The translations under genes and the position numbers were made by a program. Positions 58,654-64,000 of a DNA stretch of 64,000 nt are shown here, in pieces (position 1 is the first letter of the stretch; each line of letters opens with the position of its first letter). The DNA is taken from contig JAVCDA010000082.1 in the NCBI GenBank assembly GCA_030765145.1, forward strand, positions 27,152 through 91,151, read 5' to 3'. Below the pieces are notes generated by a model. The model was not told where the DNA came from. It searched no databases and worked only from the letters and a program-made list of their open reading frames with translations. Source of the stretch: Candidatus Saelkia tenebricola (GTDB lineage Bacteria; Omnitrophota; Gorgyraeia; Kaelpiales; Kaelpiaceae).

Positions 58654-60581
58654 AGTATATTCATCAATGCTTCATTTATATTCTCTTTATTATTAAAAAA
58701 TCTACGCACAGGTTCTTTGCTAAGTATAAAACTTTTTTCTAAATTCTTATCGGTTATCACATCAAGTAACCCTTCTTGAAATAATTGTCCAATAAATTTT
58801 TCGTTTTTCAAGGCAATGCTACCGGTTTTAAAAACATAAACTCTCTTCCCCCATTTAAGAGCCTCAGCTATCATCGAAATGCTGTCTGAGGTTGTAACAA
58901 CAACATCGGATATAGAAAGCAGCGCATCAAATGCCCCTGGTGGATTATTTTCGCCGGCTATGATTAAAAATCTGCTATATGCTTTATTCGCAAGATGATT
59001 TTTAATTAAACGCTCAATTTGATATGGCGTTCTACGGGAAGTTGTAACTAAAAGATTTATGTCCTCTTTTTTAGACATAGTATCAATGTAAGAGAATAAT
59101 TTTTTGATTGAATCCATATTCATTTTATATTTTTTGGAACTCCCGCCTATTAAAACACCTATTTTAAAAGCATCATTATCGAGTTTGATATTGTTTGAGG
59201 ACTTAAAATCCTCTGCTTTATTAGTATCTTTTATAGAAAGAGCACCTTTATACAAAATCACGTTTTTACCTCTTAAGGAATCATGTTGTGGTGAAAATAT
59301 TAAATGGAATTTATTTTTATATATACCGGGATTTAAAATGTTTATATTGACTGCCCTGTTTTCATAACCTAAGATTGCATTCAAAGGCAATAAAGATGAC
59401 CCTGCACTTATGATATAATCAAACTTATGAGATAAAAGATCCTTATAGCTTTCGCTATCAAGCGCCCACTTCAAAATTTTTAAATGCCCCTGAGACATTT
59501 TAGAAGATAAGAGACCGAGAGAATAAAGAATTTTTTTTCTTAAAATATTCCTCCAGCCAACTTTTATTTCATGCACCCTGATCAAATCCTGTTCATCCAA
59601 ACCCCATTCCTGTTGCTGCTTCTTCAACAACAGACTCTTTAACTCACGAGCAACTACTTCAGATTGCTTGTAATGTCCCGGTTTACCATCTGAAATAATC
59701 AAAATATCTTTGTTTGCAGAATGTTTCCATCTTTTATGAAACCAAAGCCATTGTTCTGGATTTTTCCTAATATACCTCTCTAAAATATTGTTATAATCCG
59801 CGAGTATTTCATTGTTGGATTTGTTTAAATCAAGCTGGGGATAAAAAGTCAGCTTATGTTTTATTAATCCTACCCTCCGTAAAAATAATGGCACTACTAT
59901 TGAATTCGTTGTTCTGGCCAACGAAATAAACCCCGGGTTGGTAGATGCATACCTATCGAATAATTTAACTTGGATACCATTTTTCCCGGCATTTTGATCA
60001 GCAAGAATACCTATACACTTACCTTCCCTTAGCATCTTAATAACTGTTTTCAAGCTAAATCCTTTTGCTACAACAACACAGCCCCATTTACTTCTGGACC
60101 TGTTTAAAAGATTATTAAGACGGCGATATTTCTGTTCTCGGGCAATAACGAAACTGGGATATCCCAATACCGCACCAATAGATGAAAGCAGCTCCCAGCT
60201 GTTATAATGCGCTGTCAAAAAGATTATCCCCTTACCTGATAAAGCTTCTGTATTTAGCACTGCTTGTCCATTTATATCCACAACCCCAAGAATTCCTTCT
60301 TTATCTAACTTAGACGAAAGTACAAATTCCATAACAGAAAGTGCTAGATTAAAAATAGACCTTCTCATTAACCGTTTAATTGCAGCAGGACTTTTTTTGG
60401 GAAAAGCATATTTTAAATTAATATACGCTATATCCGCTCTACGAGTGTATAAAAACGATAATAAATATATGCTCCCCGCACCTAAAACAACTCCTGCCCG
60501 ATAAGGGAAGAGTTCAAAAAAACCTTTAACCGTTAAGGCGAGCCAATAAAATATCCAGTCTTCCAAATAACGCTTCCGCAT
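58650..60581 (-). CDS. fused lipid A late acyltransferase (LpxL/HtrB-like) + ELM1/GtrOC1-family putative glycosyltransferase
   Basis: TAHYNSWE, LADQ, PEQWLWFHKRWK followed by SDGKPGH, LIGG, TTSRRTP, TSDSISMIAEA. Confidence 0.85.
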   Translation of the reverse strand: MRKRYLEDWIFYWLALTVKGFFELFPYRAGVVLGAGSIYLLSFLYTRRADIAYINLKYAFPKKSPAAIKRLMRRSIFNLALSVMEFVLSSKLDKEGILGVVDINGQAVLNTEALSGKGIIFLTAHYNSWELLSSIGAVLGYPSFVIAREQKYRRLNNLLNRSRSKWGCVVVAKGFSLKTVIKMLREGKCIGILADQNAGKNGIQVKLFDRYASTNPGFISLARTTNSIVVPLFLRRVGLIKHKLTFYPQLDLNKSNNEILADYNNILERYIRKNPEQWLWFHKRWKHSANKDILIISDGKPGHYKQSEVVARELKSLLLKKQQQEWGLDEQDLIRVHEIKVGWRNILRKKILYSLGLLSSKMSQGHLKILKWALDSESYKDLLSHKFDYIISAGSSLLPLNAILGYENRAVNINILNPGIYKNKFHLIFSPQHDSLRGKNVILYKGALSIKDTNKAEDFKSSNNIKLDNDAFKIGVLIGGSSKKYKMNMDSIKKLFSYIDTMSKKEDINLLVTTSRRTPYQIERLIKNHLANKAYSRFLIIAGENNPPGAFDALLSISDVVVTTSDSISMIAEALKWGKRVYVFKTGSIALKNEKFIGQLFQEGLLDVITDKNLEKSFILSKEPVRRFFNNKENINEALMNIL

Positions 60582-61581
60582 TTTTTAAAAACTCCAAATT
60601 TATTTTAATTAAAAACACCTTGTTCCCTGAAAAAGCTTTTTTTACAATATCTATCTTGTCTTTGATTTTGATATAATCTTTCTCGGTAATAAATATATTT
60701 TTTATCTCTCTATCCAGATCAGCAGCGACTTTAAACAGATCCTCCTTAGAAAAATCATGATGATCAGGGAAAAGAAACGATTGTTTTACATCTGCCCCCA
60801 AAACACGTAATGTATTAATCACAGAATCAGGATCTGCTACTGCTGTTAAAACAGCTCCTTCCATATTTCTAAGCACATCCAAGTCTATTGCTGTTCCATC
60901 TAATATATCTATTGCCTCTTTAACTTTGTAGCGGCTGAATATTATCGGAGCCTGAGAATTATATTGTTTTACATCCTCCGTAAGCATGTTTTCTTCACTA
61001 TAATTATCCGCCTTGTTAAAAACTATTATATCCGCTCTTTTGATAGCTGTAATTTCCTCTCTAAGATTCCCTCGTGGAATCAAAAACCCATTTCCAAAAG
61101 GCAGTTTATAATTAAGGCAAAGCACCTCGATTTCTTTTTTAATTCCCCATTGCTGATAACCATCATCCAATATGATAACATCAACTACCTTACTGCTAAC
61201 CGCTTTCTCAATTGAAACCCGTTTAGTTTTCTCCTGGAAAACCGGGATATCTCCCAGCTTATCCGCCATCATTTTAACCTCATCCTGATAAGACCTGCCA
61301 TGATGAACTATGGCAACCTCTACATTTCGTTCTTTGAGATATCTTGCGATTTCAATTACAAAAGGCGTCTTGCCTGTTCCTCCCCAGGTAATATTGCCTA
61401 TAGAAATTATCGGAACTTTATAACTGATTTGCTTTTTAGTTCTAATCAATCTTAAAACTTTAATTACGCACAGATAAACATAGGAGAGCACACCAAGAAT
61501 AAAAAGAATCACTAAAATAAAAAAATTCCGGCTTTCACTGTTTATTAAATTGGAATATGCTTTTTCAATACCTATATTCAT
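60526..61581 (-). CDS. lpxK: tetraacyldisaccharide 4'-kinase
   Basis: ISIGNITWGGTGKTP, LDDGYQ, PRGNLRE, FPDHH, TEKD. Confidence 0.92.
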   Translation of the reverse strand: MNIGIEKAYSNLINSESRNFFILVILFILGVLSYVYLCVIKVLRLIRTKKQISYKVPIISIGNITWGGTGKTPFVIEIARYLKERNVEVAIVHHGRSYQDEVKMMADKLGDIPVFQEKTKRVSIEKAVSSKVVDVIILDDGYQQWGIKKEIEVLCLNYKLPFGNGFLIPRGNLREEITAIKRADIIVFNKADNYSEENMLTEDVKQYNSQAPIIFSRYKVKEAIDILDGTAIDLDVLRNMEGAVLTAVADPDSVINTLRVLGADVKQSFLFPDHHDFSKEDLFKVAADLDREIKNIFITEKDYIKIKDKIDIVKKAFSGNKVFLIKINLEFLKNAEALFGRLDILLARLNG

Positions 61582-62870
61582 CTTAATCTTGAAAATATTG
61601 CATCCGCGGTTTTATCTAACACCCCTTTGTTTTTTAATGCCACCTGATATGCTCTTTCACCAAGAGAGGCTTTTAGCCGACTATCTTTAATAATCATCCT
61701 CAAAGAATCTTCAATATTGTTTTTTTCAGATACTAATATCGCATTGTCTTTTAAAAACTCTAGAACAATTTCTTCAAAATTATAAAAATAAGGCCCGATG
61801 AGAATTGCTTTTCTAAAAAGCGCAGGTTCTATTATGTTATGCCCTCCAAAAGGCAAAAGGCTTCCGCCTATAAATACAAAATCTGCCATTTTATACAAAG
61901 ATGCCAAAAAACCTGTTTCATCAATAAGAAATATACTCTGAGAGGATGAAAATTTAAAACCAGAGGAGAATAAATCTATGCCGAACCCTGATTGTTTTAC
62001 ATAGTTCGTAAATCTTTCCAGCCCCTTTAAGTGCCGGGGTGCAATGAGAAATTTTAAATCCGGATAGCTTTTAACTATATTCTGGTAGGCTTTAAAAATC
62101 ATAATATCTTCACCTCTATGAGTACTTCCAGCTATGAAAAGAGGGTGATTATTCTCCTTCAAAAAACATTCTAACTGTTCAATACGCCTGTCTTCCCTTA
62201 CCTTAAGAGTCATAAGGTCAAATTTCAACGTCCCTTGAGAAACGATTCTTTCATCTTCCAGACCCAGAGATTTTAATCTGCCTGATGCAACCTCTCCGCT
62301 TGAACAGACAAAATCAAAAATATTTAAAATTCTTCTTGTTAACGGCTTTAAGATTTTATACTTAGGATACGATTGTTTAGAAATCCGTGCATTGACCAGA
62401 CCAACTAAAGCATTGCATCTTTTAGCCTCAATTATCAAATGAGGCCAAATTTCTGTCTCTATAATCAAGACCATTTTAACACTTATTTTAGAGAAAATAT
62501 GCCTTATTAAAAAAGAAAAGTCTAAAGGCAAATACGCTACATAATCAGATAAAGCTACGTGTGCTTTTAGAAATTCCTCCCCTACAGGAGTAACTACCGT
62601 AAGAAGATATTTAAATTGACTGAACTCCGGCCTTAGTTTTTCGTATAGCAGCACTGCCAGTCTTGCCTCTCCGAGACTTACCGCATGAATCCATATAAGA
62701 GGCCTCTTTTCTTTTAATATTCTCCGCCATCTCATAAGACATATTCTCTCCAACCAGCCAGAATGATATTTTCTTTTTAAAACATAAAGCATCAAAATAG
62801 CCGGTAGGAATAAACCGTAAACTATATCAAGTATTATTTTAAAACTAAGCCCGGGGATGAGTTTTTTCAT
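61578..62870 (-). CDS. waaA: 3-deoxy-D-manno-octulosonic acid transferase
   Basis: WIHAVSLGE, ETEIWP, NARIS, GSTH, APRH, GGHNIIEPA. Confidence 0.93.
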   Translation of the reverse strand: MKKLIPGLSFKIILDIVYGLFLPAILMLYVLKRKYHSGWLERICLMRWRRILKEKRPLIWIHAVSLGEARLAVLLYEKLRPEFSQFKYLLTVVTPVGEEFLKAHVALSDYVAYLPLDFSFLIRHIFSKISVKMVLIIETEIWPHLIIEAKRCNALVGLVNARISKQSYPKYKILKPLTRRILNIFDFVCSSGEVASGRLKSLGLEDERIVSQGTLKFDLMTLKVREDRRIEQLECFLKENNHPLFIAGSTHRGEDIMIFKAYQNIVKSYPDLKFLIAPRHLKGLERFTNYVKQSGFGIDLFSSGFKFSSSQSIFLIDETGFLASLYKMADFVFIGGSLLPFGGHNIIEPALFRKAILIGPYFYNFEEIVLEFLKDNAILVSEKNNIEDSLRMIIKDSRLKASLGERAYQVALKNKGVLDKTADAIFSRLR

Positions 62871-63717
62871 AGATTCTTTTCAATCCCTCTAAAGTTAAAT
62901 GCGTATAAATCTGGGTTGTGGAAAGGCTGGCATGACCTAAAAGTTCCTGAACACTCCTTAGGTCTGCGCCTCTATCTAAAAGATGTGTTGCAAAAGAATG
63001 CCTTAATGTATGAGGCGAAACATCTATTTTTAGCCCTGCTATTAAAGCATGTTTTTTTATAATCCTATTAATGCTTCTCTCTGTAATTCTGCTTCCAAAC
63101 TTGTTTAAGAAAAGCGCACTTTTATTCCCATAACCCAATGTTTTTCTGATCTCAAGATAGATTTTGACAGCACGAAGAGCCTTGCCTCCTATCGGTAAAA
63201 TTCTTTCCTTCTTACCTTTACCATAAACTTTTACTAATTGAGAGATAAAATCCAAATCCTGAAAATTCAAGTTTACTAGTTCGCTAACTCTTATCCCTGT
63301 TGAATACATGGTTTCCATAATAGCCTGGTCTCTTAATGAAAAATAATTCGGTTTTGGTGAAATATCCAGTAGTTGACTCACCTCTGAATAGGAAAGGAAT
63401 TTTGGTAAAGGTTTATCAAGTTTTACACCGCTTATGGACAGGCACGGATTCTTCTTGATATAACCTTCCCGCATTAAAAACTTAAAGAAACTCCTCAAAC
63501 AAGACAACCTTCTTGAAATAGTTCTTTTGGAATCACTCCTCGTTCTTAAATAAGCAATAAACCTTCTAAGATCCAAATGGTTAACACTTTTGATATCTTT
63601 AGTGCCTAAAAATTCTTGGAATATGATTAAATCCTCGGTATAGCTTTTTATAGTATAAAACGAAACTTCTTTCTCTATCTTCAGATATCTTAAAAACTTT
63701 TCTTTTTCCTTAAACAT
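62845..63717 (-). CDS. xerC: tyrosine recombinase XerC
   Basis: TGIRVSEL, GKGKKER, SPHTLRHSFATHLL, LLGH, TTQIYTH; follows topA. Confidence 0.85.
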   Translation of the reverse strand: MFKEKEKFLRYLKIEKEVSFYTIKSYTEDLIIFQEFLGTKDIKSVNHLDLRRFIAYLRTRSDSKRTISRRLSCLRSFFKFLMREGYIKKNPCLSISGVKLDKPLPKFLSYSEVSQLLDISPKPNYFSLRDQAIMETMYSTGIRVSELVNLNFQDLDFISQLVKVYGKGKKERILPIGGKALRAVKIYLEIRKTLGYGNKSALFLNKFGSRITERSINRIIKKHALIAGLKIDVSPHTLRHSFATHLLDRGADLRSVQELLGHASLSTTQIYTHLTLEGLKRIYEKTHPRA

Positions 63718-63748
63718 CAGTTTGATTTATATTTTAAATCCAAAAGAA

Positions 63749-64000
63749 TTATTCAGGCAGCTTGCTGGTAGTAAACCTGCATTCGGGATAATTTGAACAG
63801 CCGTAAAAAACTCTTCCTTTCCCGCTCTTCTTTTTAACAAGCTCTCCCCCACAGCCTTCTTCGGTACAGCTTATTCCGGTTGTAATAGCTTTTGAATTTT
63901 TACAATCCGGATATCCAGAGCAACCTAAAAACCTGCCATTTCTACCCCATTTTATAAGCATATTCTTACCGCACAATTCACATATTTGATCGGTTTCTTG
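63749..64000 (-). CDS. topA: DNA topoisomerase I, C-terminal zinc ribbons (partial; gene continues beyond the window)
   Basis: CELCG..GRFLGCSGYPDC and CTEEGC..FYGCSNYPEC; frame open to the window edge. Confidence 0.85.
   Translation of the reverse strand, partial: QETDQICELCGKNMLIKWGRNGRFLGCSGYPDCKNSKAITTGISCTEEGCGGELVKKKSGKGRVFYGCSNYPECRFTTSKLPE

Noticed and set aside
62845-63717. Tyrosine recombinase as a mobile-element integrase
   Set aside because: The size, motifs and topA-adjacent position fit housekeeping XerC.
1-64000. CRISPR array, rRNA, IS elements, dif site
   Set aside because: No regularly spaced repeats, rRNA-like sequence, transposase ORF or convincing dif match was seen by eye.

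Overview
AT-rich bacterial chromosomal window from a diderm, LPS-producing organism. The gene content (GH57/DUF4912 pair, LpxL-ELM1 fusion, GT4-GT9 fusion) is reminiscent of Candidatus Omnitrophota/PVC, which is an inference. Left flank (1-13.5 kb): GH57 branching enzyme, DUF4912, ThiI-like PP-loop protein, HAMP and SurA-like proteins, tRNA-Ala, nfeD-nfeD-floA-yqfB-like operon, tRNA-Leu, ccdA/tlpA, GH94 phosphorylase and tRNA-Glu. Centre (13.5-50.7 kb): a ~37 kb, 27-gene biosynthetic cluster that is the main candidate for an undescribed system. It encodes 10 radical SAM enzymes (6 cobalamin-dependent, 3 SPASM/twitch, 1 Tes/GDGT-MAS-like with an N-terminal rubredoxin motif), a UbiU/UbiV-like U32 pair, 3 FAD oxidoreductases, 7 GT-C-like membrane proteins (5 paralogs of one family), AsnB, a PP-loop enzyme, a DegT aminotransferase, a GNAT and a LolA-like carrier. 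It has no recognisable PKS/NRPS/ACP, precursor peptide, GT2/GT4 or wzx/wzy. It may be an anaerobic pathway for a hypermodified envelope (glyco)lipid. Right flank (50.9-64 kb): AsmA-like, RsmB/F, mpg, LPS genes (GT4, waaF-like, GT4-GT9 fusion, LpxL-ELM1 fusion, lpxK, waaA), xerC and the 3' end of topA. No CRISPR array, rRNA or transposase was seen.
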